From: Candidatus Aenigmatarchaeota archaeon
GTDB lineage: Archaea; Aenigmatarchaeota; Aenigmatarchaeia; QMZP01; QMZT01
DNA: 64,000 nt
NCBI GenBank assembly: GCA_041489155.1
Contig: JBGPQP010000002.1
Coordinates: 54,449 to 118,448 of the forward strand
Direction of reading: 5' to 3'
Shown: positions 39,148 to 48,969 of the stretch, in pieces
Layout: each line of letters starts with the position of its first letter
Numbering within the stretch: position 1 is the stretch's first letter
Translations under genes and position numbers: made by a program
The notes under the pieces: generated by a model
Databases searched by the model: none
Seen by the model: the letters and a program-made list of their open reading frames with translations, nothing else
Told to the model about the DNA's origin: nothing

Positions 39148-41060
39148 TAACTCTTCAACTCTTTAAGAAGTATATTTATTTTGTCCCTCTGCCTGTGGGA
39201 CTCTTCCTCGAATTTCCTTTTGTCAGCAAGTGTCTGTTTTACAATAGTGTCAAATTCCTTTGACACCTCGTTCAGCCTGCTCTCCAACACCAGGAACCTC
39301 TTTTCGCTCTCCTTGTTTCTCAGCTCGTTGGCCTTGACCCATTCCCACACGGAAGCGATAGATTTCTCGACTTCGGCGATTTCCTTCAGCGATTCCCTCA
39401 TCTGGGTCTGGCCTTCCTTGAGCTTCTCGGTTCTCGTGTCAAGCTTGGATATGTCGTTTTTCAGAAGATTGAGCGTCGGGTTGACGACGTTCTGGAACTG
39501 GACGAATTCGGCTTCGGAATCCTCCAGCCTGCCGCTGACGTCTTTAGTGAACTTCGCGACATCGGCCCTTATGTTCTTAAGGTCCGGACCGGCGATGTCT
39601 GTGAAAAGGCCTTTCGCCTTCTCCTCGAGCTCGTTCTGGAATTCGGCCTGGTTAACCTTGATTTTCTCTGTTCTAGTGCCCATCTTCTCAAGCTCTTCTT
39701 TTATCATGGAAAGCGTCGGGTTGACGACGTTCTGGAACTGGACGAACTTGGAAACCATGTCGTTGACCTTCGCCCTTGCCACGGCGAGGTTCTTCTCCGT
39801 CCTGTCCTCCAGCTCGAGGAACTTCGACTCTGTCATGTCGTCGAAGAACTCCTTTGTTTTGGTCTCTATCTTGCCGGTGAAGGCCTTGTCGAACTTCAGT
39901 ATCTGGTCGTTAAGCAGATCGGTCCTCTTCTTGAGAAGCGCCTCGAGCCTGTTGGCCATTGCGATGAGATTCGCTTCCTTCTCCTTTATCCTGTCGTATA
40001 TCTTGTCCTTCTCCGTCTGCAGGTCGGAGATGTAATCCCCCATCTTGTAAAGCGTCTTTATCTCGCCCTTGAAGTAGTTCACCTCGTTGAAAAGCGTTTT
40101 TATGTTTTCGCTCAGTTTCTCCACGTCGCTTCTGACGCCTTTTATGTCGTTGAAGACGGGCGTCATCTCCTTGCCCATCTTCTTCTCTATTTCGTTGGGT
40201 ATTATCTCGCCGGTTATCTCGTCGGCTGAAAATATGAACTTCTTGAGCTTCTCGACGTTGCCCGGGCTCATGCGCTCTATGAGGCCTTCAAGCTTTTCCT
40301 CGAAAGTCGGGAAGCGTTCAAGAATTTTTATCTGCTCCTTTATCCTCGTGATTCTAGTGTCCATTTCATCCTTTAGCTCGCGGATGCTCTTCTCCTGGTC
40401 CTTCAGCGAGCTCTTTATCTCGAGCATGTCGTTTTTAATGTCCACCCGGCCGCCGAAGACGGCTAGGCCTTTCGAAACCTCCTCCTCCTTCCTCGGCTGC
40501 TCCATGCGCTCGACCATCTTCCTTATCTCTTCCTGCAGGTCGGCAATCTTCTTCGAGGTGTCCGCCTGGACCTGGTCCACCATGTCACGCAGCTTGCTAC
40601 TCGCCTTTTCCGGCTTCTCGGCTTTGGCGACCTCCTCTATCTTGGTGCTCATGGCTGTGAGCGCTGCCTGGACATTCTTCATCTGCGATTGCATCTGTTC
40701 GCCCATCTTGCTCTCCGCGGCCCTGACCCTGGAATCAACATCAACAGAACGTGCTTCCTTCTCCTGTTCGTTCGCTTCGCTTTCATCGCCAGAAGTGGAT
40801 ACCTTCTCTATTATTTCGGCGAGGCTCTTGGATTTTTCCCGTTCCCTCTCCAGCTCATCCTTGAGGGATTCGACGTCCCCTTCAGAAGCCTTGGCCTTTT
40901 TCTTTGCCTTCCCTTCTTCGCCCTTTTCCTTTTCTTCCGGTTTCGTGGCATCAAAATTCTCTATGTCTTTTATCATGTCTTCGGTCGACTCCTCAGCTTC
41001 GTCGACGCCCTTGCCGAGATCGCCCATTTTCTCAAATTCGCCTTTTTTCTTCGCCATCAA
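39147..41060 (-). CDS. Long coiled-coil protein (637 aa) with 80-aa internal repeat
   Basis: Acidic/charged N-terminus. FVQFQNVVNPTL occurs twice. Confidence 0.82.
   Translation of the reverse strand: MMAKKKGEFEKMGDLGKGVDEAEESTEDMIKDIENFDATKPEEKEKGEEGKAKKKAKASEGDVESLKDELEREREKSKSLAEIIEKVSTSGDESEANEQEKEARSVDVDSRVRAAESKMGEQMQSQMKNVQAALTAMSTKIEEVAKAEKPEKASSKLRDMVDQVQADTSKKIADLQEEIRKMVERMEQPRKEEEVSKGLAVFGGRVDIKNDMLEIKSSLKDQEKSIRELKDEMDTRITRIKEQIKILERFPTFEEKLEGLIERMSPGNVEKLKKFIFSADEITGEIIPNEIEKKMGKEMTPVFNDIKGVRSDVEKLSENIKTLFNEVNYFKGEIKTLYKMGDYISDLQTEKDKIYDRIKEKEANLIAMANRLEALLKKRTDLLNDQILKFDKAFTGKIETKTKEFFDDMTESKFLELEDRTEKNLAVARAKVNDMVSKFVQFQNVVNPTLSMIKEELEKMGTRTEKIKVNQAEFQNELEEKAKGLFTDIAGPDLKNIRADVAKFTKDVSGRLEDSEAEFVQFQNVVNPTLNLLKNDISKLDTRTEKLKEGQTQMRESLKEIAEVEKSIASVWEWVKANELRNKESEKRFLVLESRLNEVSKEFDTIVKQTLADKRKFEEESHRQRDKINILLKELKS
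39472..39746. repeat. 35-bp identical direct repeat (39472-39506 and 39712-39746), 240 bp apart, in frame
   Basis: agcgtcgggttgacgacgttctggaactggacgaa appears twice. Confidence 0.9.
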
Positions 41061-41072
41061 GACACCCCAACC

Positions 41073-41339
41073 CTAACCAAGTTCTTCAATAAGCTTTTCA
41101 ACGACTTTCTCATTCCTTTCTATCCGCTTTTCCAAGTCTGAAATTCTGCCGCCAATGTCCCTGAACCTCATCACGGTTTCTTTGCCTTTGTCCTCATCGA
41201 GATCCATCAAATCCATCTTAAGATTCCGAGGTATAAAATCGCTTTTACCCTTGCCCTCTGTATATTTTAATCTATATAACTTGTATAATAAAAAGCAAAT
41301 CACCGCAAGCAGCGCTATTATCGCCAACTCGTACATCAT
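41073..41339 (-). CDS. Small N-terminally membrane-anchored coiled-coil protein
   Basis: ELAIIALLAVICFLLY TM helix, then C-terminal ISDLEKRIERNEKVVEKL. Confidence 0.72.
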   Translation of the reverse strand: MMYELAIIALLAVICFLLYKLYRLKYTEGKGKSDFIPRNLKMDLMDLDEDKGKETVMRFRDIGGRISDLEKRIERNEKVVEKLIEELG

Positions 41340-41367
41340 ATAAATAATTTTGGCAGGACCCTATAAA

Positions 41368-42141
41368 TTACTTCTTAATCCCTAATAGTTTCATAAAGTT
41401 GGAAAGCAGGCTTTCGGGCTTCTTTTCCTCCTCGCCCAGAATCTTGGCAGCGAGCCTCAGGAACTCCCTGCTGGAGGGGGAATTCGGGGAGAAAAGCACG
41501 ACAGGCATCTTGAGCGCAAGGCTGCGCAAAACGTTCTTGTCCATGGGTATGCTTGAAATGACGGATAGCTCTATGAGCTCCTCGACTTCTTTCGGCGTCA
41601 GCTCGTATTTCTCATTGCCCACCATGTTGAGCACTACGCCCAGAGGCTTGACGCCCATTTCATTCGCCACCTGGTGGCATTTGATTATGTCCATCGTTGA
41701 CGGGACGAAAGGCGTGTTTACGAATATGACCTCGTCCGACGCCCGCACTGTCGCCATCGCCTCCCTTCCAAGGCCGGGCGCGGCGTCAAGCAAAACGATG
41801 TCCGCCTTCCCGAAGAGTTTTTTAATCACGTTCTTCAGTCTCGCAATGTCGACGCCCTTCAGATCGCTGTAGGAAAGCGACGCCGGTATGACACGCAGGC
41901 CGCTTATGTGGTACTGGTATATCGCGTCTTCTATCTTCGCCTCCCCTGTAAGGACCTGATTAAGCGTAACGGGCGTGTAATACATACCAAGGTAAAGACC
42001 CAGATGCGAAGTCGATACGTTGCAGTCGATGACTATGACTTCCTTTTTGAATTTCTGCGCCATGACAGAGCCGAGGTTAGCGACAAGCGTGGTTTTTCCG
42101 ACGCCGCCCTTCCCCGAGATTATCCCTATTACCCTCGTCAT
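41368..42141 (-). CDS. minD: MinD/ParA family ATPase
   Basis: Deviant Walker A SGKGGVGKTT, DAAPGLGRE, LGVVLN, C-terminal amphipathic LLSNFMKLLGIKK. Confidence 0.88.
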   Translation of the reverse strand: MTRVIGIISGKGGVGKTTLVANLGSVMAQKFKKEVIVIDCNVSTSHLGLYLGMYYTPVTLNQVLTGEAKIEDAIYQYHISGLRVIPASLSYSDLKGVDIARLKNVIKKLFGKADIVLLDAAPGLGREAMATVRASDEVIFVNTPFVPSTMDIIKCHQVANEMGVKPLGVVLNMVGNEKYELTPKEVEELIELSVISSIPMDKNVLRSLALKMPVVLFSPNSPSSREFLRLAAKILGEEEKKPESLLSNFMKLLGIKK

Positions 42142-42175
42142 ACCCTACCATATGTTGTTTTGGAGTTTTATATTT

Positions 42176-42847
42176 CTACCATTTAAGCGCGCAAAGTATC
42201 CTCGACAGCTCGTTTTCGTCCTTCACGAGCACTGGGAAATCTACCACGTTCCTCAGCTTCGAGTCCGCCATGCGCATGTAATTCAGCAAATCCCTCTCAG
42301 CCGAGAGGGAGATCATGGTCGCTATCATGCGCAAAACAACGTCCGCTTCGTATTTCCTGCAGAATAGCCTGAGGTTCGAAAACAGGACGTAAAGGAAAAC
42401 GTCCGCGAATATGTGCGGGCCGTATTTCCCGAGAACCTCCTTGTCGTTTTTGTAAAGTATTTTCAGGTTCTTTTTGTCGAATAGCACGGCATGGTATTTT
42501 TCCATGAATTTCTGCACCGCCGGCCATCTCGTGCGGAGCAGGAAATCAGGAACCCAGTTTTCCGCGGTTTCCTTGGCAAAATACCTCTCTCGTACGTAAG
42601 CGGGAATCCATGCGTACTCGGCTCTCAGGCGTTTGCCTTCTTTAGTTATGTAGTTTTCCCTTATCATGCAACGGAAGAGGGGACTTTTCAGGCCGACCTC
42701 GTTGTGATAAAGGTAGTTGGTCTTGACGTCCCACGTGGTCTGTATCTCAAAAAGCGAAATCCCTCTGTCGCCGCCAGCCGAGTTTATCCATATCAGCCAG
42801 AAGTTCTTGTAATCCGTGATCTTCTCCTTGATGCGCATGGTTCTCAC
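42176..42847 (-). CDS. Hypothetical protein
   Basis: 223-aa soluble ORF co-oriented with and just upstream of minD. Confidence 0.7.
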   Translation of the reverse strand: MRTMRIKEKITDYKNFWLIWINSAGGDRGISLFEIQTTWDVKTNYLYHNEVGLKSPLFRCMIRENYITKEGKRLRAEYAWIPAYVRERYFAKETAENWVPDFLLRTRWPAVQKFMEKYHAVLFDKKNLKILYKNDKEVLGKYGPHIFADVFLYVLFSNLRLFCRKYEADVVLRMIATMISLSAERDLLNYMRMADSKLRNVVDFPVLVKDENELSRILCALKW

Positions 42848-42990
42848 TTATATAAATATACTATTCTGAAGGGGCATATAAAATACCACCCCCCGTCCTG
42901 GAACATTAACCGTTTGTTAAACCGAAGAAAAAAATTGTGGTAATTTTATATGAATATACTATTTATTCCATGAGAACCGACAGGCGCTTT

Positions 42991-45900
42991 CTATTTGACA
43001 GCGGACTTTATCTGCTCGATTTTCGCGAGCTTTTCCTCGTTCCTAGTTTTAAGGCTCATGTACGCGTTTTCTGTTATGAGGCCCTCTTTAAACTGCCTCT
43101 CGAGGAGATTAAGGACTCTTCTGATGTTCATTTCCTCCTTTTCAAGCGTCTCCCTTTCCTTCATCCTTTCGACGACGACAGTCGTCTTCATCGCGCCCTG
43201 GGCTCCGCCGGGGGCCTGTAGCCTGAAAATCCTGTCGAAAACGCCCCTCATCTTCCTGACTAAGACCAGCAATATCGCTATTACCACGACCAGAACGAGG
43301 AGTATCGCTATCAGCCACGGCGGGAAGATGGTTTCAATCAGTATCTGGACAAACGGCGCCTGGGAAAGGAGGTAAATCGCCTTTTCCAGCGCACTCCACC
43401 CAGAATGGACCTCGCTCAGCGAATCATCGTACATCTTTTTCTCCAGATAATCTTCAGCCAGCCTTATGTGCTCTTTTATCTGGTCGATGTAAGGCAGAAC
43501 TTCCTTCGTGTCCTTGCCTGCCTTTTTGGCGTTTTCGACATCCACCTGGAATTCCTGGAATGCCTTCTTTAGCCTGTCTATCTCCCATCTTATGAGCTGG
43601 GCCCTGCTCGAGAAAACGGTGAGTGTAAAGCTCTTCTCATCCCTTGTGACATTCGCGTCCGCTATTATCTGGCCAATGTACTCCTTTGCTTCAGCGGTCG
43701 AGGGGATTTTAAGGGTTAGGGTGAAGATAGAACTGTTGCCTACGGCGAGTTCTGGTATGATTTTTGGCGAGATGTCCTGTATCCAAGGCGAAGGGATGCC
43801 TGTTACGCGAAGGATTACGTTGTAAAGCTTCGAGCCGCCTGTGTTCTTGACTTCAACAGTCGGGTATTTAACCACGTCCATCTCCATTCCCAGCTCAGGA
43901 GAATATTTTATTATCTCAATTTTTGCAGGCTGCGAGGGAGCGGCTCCTGCGCCTCCGGCTGCGCCGCCACCGCCTGGCGACGGCGGCTGGGGAGGAGCGC
44001 CGCCTTCAACGACAAAAAATGTCCGTTCAGCTGTAGCCGGTTCTATGTTAGGATCATACGTTACCTTAACGTTCAGGGTATACTGACCAAGAGGTTGGAA
44101 TGAGTATACGAACAAACTTCTCAAAAGCGTCCTGTTAGCATGTGCATTCACTTGGATGGAAGCGTTGCCATAATCCCAAGTTTGGTTCGCTCCTGATATC
44201 CAGTATTCGACTTTAACATCCTGCTGGGATATATCGCCCCTGTTCTCGATTAGCATCTCGAAATCGAGATAATCATTTCTCGGGACTTCATTTTCTATCG
44301 ATGTAACCTCAACATCGTAAGGGCCACCTTTTGCTATACTGAAAGAATATACCGTATCACTTGCATGTTTCCCGTGGCGTGTAACACTCAAGATAGCCCG
44401 ATAAGTTCCGCTTGCTGTTGTATTTTCACTTAGTATTTCTGATGGATAACTATAGGAGCCAGGATATATTTCTGTGAAATCGCTTTTACTTAAATGTCCC
44501 CATGGGCGGGTAACTTCCAGCCATCCGTATGGAGTTTGATATTCAATAGTGAGGTTTATCGAGTCTGGTTCAACCGATATGCCATGATCTTTAATCTCAA
44601 CACCAATTTGCATACTTCGCGAAATATAAAAGTATTGACCTTCATCTATACCAATTTTGGCTTCTAGTTCACCGGCCTCTTCGACCTCAAACGTATAAGA
44701 ACTTGTGTTATAGATTATTGTGTTAACACTAGTTTCATAGTAAGACGAATTCGCCGAAAAGGTGTAATTTCCGAGTATGGCATTTGGTGGTATGTTGTAA
44801 AGACTGCCCGCATCACCATTTGAATTTGTAACAAAATATTTGTCAACGTCATCTATCAAGTAATCAGCATTTCTTCCATATGGGTCTGTGAGTGTTAGAT
44901 TGACATTAGCTCCACCCAAAGGCGTGACAACGGCATCACGCGACTTTATCCATATTACTTTTCCAAGTTGTCCTTGATACGCATATTTGTCAGTATCCAA
45001 GTCGACGAACAGCTTGTAATATATGTAAAAGTAGCTGGTGTTGACGGTATTGTTCTTTCCCTGGTTATCCAGAGCAAAGACGGTAATGTTGTAATAGCCT
45101 TTATTGGTCGTGTTGCCCCACGCCACTCCTTGGTAAGGTTCGTCACTATAAACGTAATATCTGGCCCTCCATCTTGACGTGCCCCCTGTTTTCGACCCGC
45201 CGTAGAAAAACATTACCATTGTGTCGTTCGAGCCGTCCGGCCTCCTGACCGTAACCGTGACGTTGCCGTCATTTACTCCTGCACCTCCCTGATCCGTAAC
45301 ATTCGCGTATACCCACACATATTCAGTCTGCTCAGTCATATTGGGCGAAATCTGGACAGATATACCGGGCTTAATGTAAGGATTTAGTATAACCTGTAGA
45401 ATCACATAATCCGGGTTTGAGCCGCTCTCCACGGCGTTGATTGTGTAGTTGGCGTAATAGAATTTTATGGTCTGGTTAGTCACGTTGTAATAAATTGATA
45501 AAACCAGCGACTGCCCCTTGTTCAGAAGTAAGCCATTTACACTGGTCCACGTGTGATTGAACTGGCTTGATACATTAGCCACAGGCGTTATGGTGAAATT
45601 TATCTGGGTGTTGCCGGTGTTGTTTATGAACACGTCGCAGGCCGTCCCCTCTTCGGGTGATTCGACCTTTTCGCAGTAGGTTGTGTTGGTAGTCCATGTC
45701 CTGTTTGTCGGGATTTCGATTGTGAGATTTATCTCTTTGTAGCCGTCATTCGATGTCGTTACGTTGAGTATGCCGGTGTAGATGCCGGGTGCCTGGCCAT
45801 ATGCAACGGAAAGGTTTATCTTGACGCCCTGCGGATATTCGCCGCCAAGGCTAGGGACGTTAGGAGGCATGATTTCGAAATAGAAGCTTGAGCTGAAGTT

Positions 45901-48900
45901 ATAAACGGTGAAGATTATGTTCTCGACGGGATCGTTACCGGTCGAGTTGAGTGACAACGTTCCTATTTCCTTCTCTGTACCATGCGTAACATTGTTTGAA
46001 ATGGCGTTTTGAAGTATGGTGAAGTTGATCCGGGAAAGTACTGTTATGTTTATCAGGGTCGAGTTAAAATTCGTGCCTTTTTCCGGGTCCTCCCACTGCA
46101 CGCTCAGGTTAGCGGTGTAGTTGCCCGAATGTGTCTGGGCCAGTATGGTTATAAGGAATGACGTATTGCAGCTCTCCCACTTGGGTACGTTGCCGCAATA
46201 AAAGGACGATACGTTTGAAGTTATACCTGCAGAGGAAAAATTCAAATTGATGCTCACGTTGTAGGCAGTCGAATTGCCTATGTTTACAGTGCTGACGAAA
46301 ACAGGAAAGGACTGATTCTGGTACCATGTGACATTGCCGGCAGTGAAATTGTACACGTCGCTATCGATGGTTATGTTGGTACCTGAAACCGAAACTGTTA
46401 GGTTGATAGTTTTGAAGCCGTCATTCGCCGTCGTTACATTTATTGTCCCGTTGTATTCGCCGGGCGGGGTGTCAAGAGTTGCGTTGACCCACAGCTGGAC
46501 CATCTGCGAATTGCCCCACCACAGAGCAGGTATGCTGGACGGGACCAAGCTGAAGGTGAAATTGCCGGAGAAGCCCTGAATAGTCATGTTAAGTGTATAC
46601 AGGGGTTCGTTGCCTATCGAGTATACCGTGAAATTCTTTACGTTCCTCAGGGGCTTGTCTGCCGCTATTATGCCCAAGACGAAGGTGTCAGAAACGTTAA
46701 GCTGCGGGTTTGGCAGGACCGTCACGTTAATGAGCGTGCTGTTGTAGCCTGGCACGGATGCGTTTGAATTCCTCCAGGCTGCGCTTATGTTTACAGAATA
46801 GTTGCCTGCAGGCGTGGCGTTGAGGACTATTATCTGGAAATGCTTCGTGCAGTTCTTGGATATGAGAACATTGCCGCAGGCTTCAAGCGTGATGTTTGCG
46901 GTTATGTTCGAGGCCGAGAAATTAAGCGTTATGTTCATGCCATAGGCTGTCCCGTTTGCTGTGTTCTCTGTAAAAACGGTTATGTTGAAAGTCTGGTTTG
47001 AGGATGATGTAACGTTCTGCGCTGTAAGGTTTGGGGGCGTTGGCGTTACGCTTATGTTGGTGAAGTAGGTTTCGCATGTGAACTCGTCGCTTCCGATGCC
47101 TGTGTTATTGTTTTTTGTGGCGTTGCACGCCAGAGTGAACAGGCCTGCGTATGGCGGCGCCCTGAACCACACATAATATGTGCCGTCGCCGTTGTCAGAA
47201 ATGTTTTGCTGAGGTACCGGGGTGGATTCAAACAAACAGCTAAGCGTTGCGCCCGATATCAGCCTGTCCTTCCTGAAATTCCTCACGTAAACGGTTGTAT
47301 TAACAATTCTGTCGGTGAAGCCCGTCGGGTTAGATATGTTGAGTGTTAAATTGTAAACATTGGTGACGTTGAAGGTGTACCAGCTGGTGTTCAGGAGCGT
47401 TCCGCTATCATTATATACCTTGAAAGTGGTGTTCCAGACGCCCGGCGAGGCCGCATCGGAGATGTTGTATGAGTTGGCGTAGAGGTTGTCATTCGCCTGC
47501 CCGTCCCCATGAGCACCATCATCATAAAGAGTGATATTGAGTTCACCCGTGCCGCCGAGGTTAAGGCTCGCATTTACCTTCTCAGAAAGATTGTAGAGAT
47601 CGGTGACATTCGCCGTGATTATGACGGTTTCGTTTCTGTTGAATATCACGGCTTCGTTGGTGTAATTCATGTAGAATTTTCCCGTTGCAACGACGGTCCA
47701 GGCTTCGGATGCGTGTGTGGTTATATTCACGGGTGTGTTGCTCTGGTTGACGAAATTCAGGAAATAATCCTCCTGCCCTGGCTCGCCGCTGCCGTTGAAC
47801 TGAATTGCGGCGATGTGGCTTATTGTGCTTCCTGCTGGTATCGTGGTCTGGTTGAGCTGGACGCCGATCCTTCCCGCCTGGCCGTCCTCAAGGGCAAAGA
47901 AATTCGTGGTTCCGTTTTCGTATATGTTCGTTATGCCCAGCCACCAGTTTCCGGTTTCCTGCGCAGCCCAGCCGTACGAACCCGGGTCTACCGGGTTTGT
48001 CATGTTCGGGTAGAATTCGTTGCCGCCCGGCAGGCTGAATGAGTAGCTTACGTTTATGCCGAGCGCGCCTGCCGTAGTCGAGTTCCTCGTTATGCTGTAG
48101 CTGGCATTGTTGACGAATATCTGCTCTATCTTCATCCAGTCGGTGTAGCGGTAGAAGATGTAGCGCTTTATCATGTAGCCCTCGTTTGTCTTGTTGCCCG
48201 GCTGGCTCCATAAAATTTCCTGGCCTATCTGCTCCACAACAAGTCTCACGGGTCCGGAATACTTCAGCGTGGCGTTGTTCCTGAAGTCGAAGCCGAACCT
48301 GCTGCTTGCATTGGAGAATTCGGAGTACTCGACGGTCATGTTGGTGGTATCATCGACCCTCAGCAGATCGTTTTCGTAGGCAACGTCCTGAACATGGTAA
48401 ATGCCGGATGTGTTTTCTCCTCGCTCGGTGTCAATCTTCCAGCGGAACAGACTGTTGTTGACGTAGAATTCCGCGACGTTCCCTGTGTAGTTATAGGACA
48501 AATCCGTAGGATAGCTTGGCTTGGTTTTGTTGCCATTCTGGATTATGTCGAAGTAAATGTAGAAGTAGCGCTTCTGATTCGCAGCGGTGGTGCCGTTCAT
48601 GGTGAAGGCTATTACGCCGGCTGCGTTGCTTATTGAATTATAGTTGTCGCCCATGTCGAACTGCGACGGGATTTCGTGCAGTATTGAGCCGCTTGAATTG
48701 TATTCTATCACTCTCGTTGAATTCTCATCAAACGCCCCCGTTACACTCATGTTCTGGAGAAGCTGCGTGAAATTCACAGGATACTCGATGGTCCAGTTGG
48801 TTCGGTTATAACCCGTGTTGTTGATTTCGAGCCCGACTCTGTAATGCCACTTGATGTCCCACCATCTGTAATCGTATGTCTGCGAAAAGATGCTGGAGAG

Positions 48901-48969
48901 GTTGACCAGCATCATGACAGCCAAAATTGCAATAGCTAAAATCAATTTTCCATGCCGGATTTTGGTCAC
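42991..48969 (-). CDS. Large cell-surface glycoprotein (1992 aa): signal peptide, Ig-like/CARDB-like modules, C-terminal TM, SHOCT-like tail
   Basis: N-terminal signal helix, DUF2341-like WW.IKWHYR...YFYIYFD region, LYDDGAHGD motif, many NxS/T sequons, P/G/A linker, TM WLIAILLVLVVVIAILLVLV. Confidence 0.88.
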   Translation of the reverse strand: MTKIRHGKLILAIAILAVMMLVNLSSIFSQTYDYRWWDIKWHYRVGLEINNTGYNRTNWTIEYPVNFTQLLQNMSVTGAFDENSTRVIEYNSSGSILHEIPSQFDMGDNYNSISNAAGVIAFTMNGTTAANQKRYFYIYFDIIQNGNKTKPSYPTDLSYNYTGNVAEFYVNNSLFRWKIDTERGENTSGIYHVQDVAYENDLLRVDDTTNMTVEYSEFSNASSRFGFDFRNNATLKYSGPVRLVVEQIGQEILWSQPGNKTNEGYMIKRYIFYRYTDWMKIEQIFVNNASYSITRNSTTAGALGINVSYSFSLPGGNEFYPNMTNPVDPGSYGWAAQETGNWWLGITNIYENGTTNFFALEDGQAGRIGVQLNQTTIPAGSTISHIAAIQFNGSGEPGQEDYFLNFVNQSNTPVNITTHASEAWTVVATGKFYMNYTNEAVIFNRNETVIITANVTDLYNLSEKVNASLNLGGTGELNITLYDDGAHGDGQANDNLYANSYNISDAASPGVWNTTFKVYNDSGTLLNTSWYTFNVTNVYNLTLNISNPTGFTDRIVNTTVYVRNFRKDRLISGATLSCLFESTPVPQQNISDNGDGTYYVWFRAPPYAGLFTLACNATKNNNTGIGSDEFTCETYFTNISVTPTPPNLTAQNVTSSSNQTFNITVFTENTANGTAYGMNITLNFSASNITANITLEACGNVLISKNCTKHFQIIVLNATPAGNYSVNISAAWRNSNASVPGYNSTLINVTVLPNPQLNVSDTFVLGIIAADKPLRNVKNFTVYSIGNEPLYTLNMTIQGFSGNFTFSLVPSSIPALWWGNSQMVQLWVNATLDTPPGEYNGTINVTTANDGFKTINLTVSVSGTNITIDSDVYNFTAGNVTWYQNQSFPVFVSTVNIGNSTAYNVSINLNFSSAGITSNVSSFYCGNVPKWESCNTSFLITILAQTHSGNYTANLSVQWEDPEKGTNFNSTLINITVLSRINFTILQNAISNNVTHGTEKEIGTLSLNSTGNDPVENIIFTVYNFSSSFYFEIMPPNVPSLGGEYPQGVKINLSVAYGQAPGIYTGILNVTTSNDGYKEINLTIEIPTNRTWTTNTTYCEKVESPEEGTACDVFINNTGNTQINFTITPVANVSSQFNHTWTSVNGLLLNKGQSLVLSIYYNVTNQTIKFYYANYTINAVESGSNPDYVILQVILNPYIKPGISVQISPNMTEQTEYVWVYANVTDQGGAGVNDGNVTVTVRRPDGSNDTMVMFFYGGSKTGGTSRWRARYYVYSDEPYQGVAWGNTTNKGYYNITVFALDNQGKNNTVNTSYFYIYYKLFVDLDTDKYAYQGQLGKVIWIKSRDAVVTPLGGANVNLTLTDPYGRNADYLIDDVDKYFVTNSNGDAGSLYNIPPNAILGNYTFSANSSYYETSVNTIIYNTSSYTFEVEEAGELEAKIGIDEGQYFYISRSMQIGVEIKDHGISVEPDSINLTIEYQTPYGWLEVTRPWGHLSKSDFTEIYPGSYSYPSEILSENTTASGTYRAILSVTRHGKHASDTVYSFSIAKGGPYDVEVTSIENEVPRNDYLDFEMLIENRGDISQQDVKVEYWISGANQTWDYGNASIQVNAHANRTLLRSLFVYSFQPLGQYTLNVKVTYDPNIEPATAERTFFVVEGGAPPQPPSPGGGGAAGGAGAAPSQPAKIEIIKYSPELGMEMDVVKYPTVEVKNTGGSKLYNVILRVTGIPSPWIQDISPKIIPELAVGNSSIFTLTLKIPSTAEAKEYIGQIIADANVTRDEKSFTLTVFSSRAQLIRWEIDRLKKAFQEFQVDVENAKKAGKDTKEVLPYIDQIKEHIRLAEDYLEKKMYDDSLSEVHSGWSALEKAIYLLSQAPFVQILIETIFPPWLIAILLVLVVVIAILLVLVRKMRGVFDRIFRLQAPGGAQGAMKTTVVVERMKERETLEKEEMNIRRVLNLLERQFKEGLITENAYMSLKTRNEEKLAKIEQIKSAVK

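Noticed and set aside
34352..41060. SMC/Rad50 or chemoreceptor assignment for the coiled-coil genes
   Set aside because: No Walker A/B, signature motif, zinc hook or MCP hairpin motif is visible.
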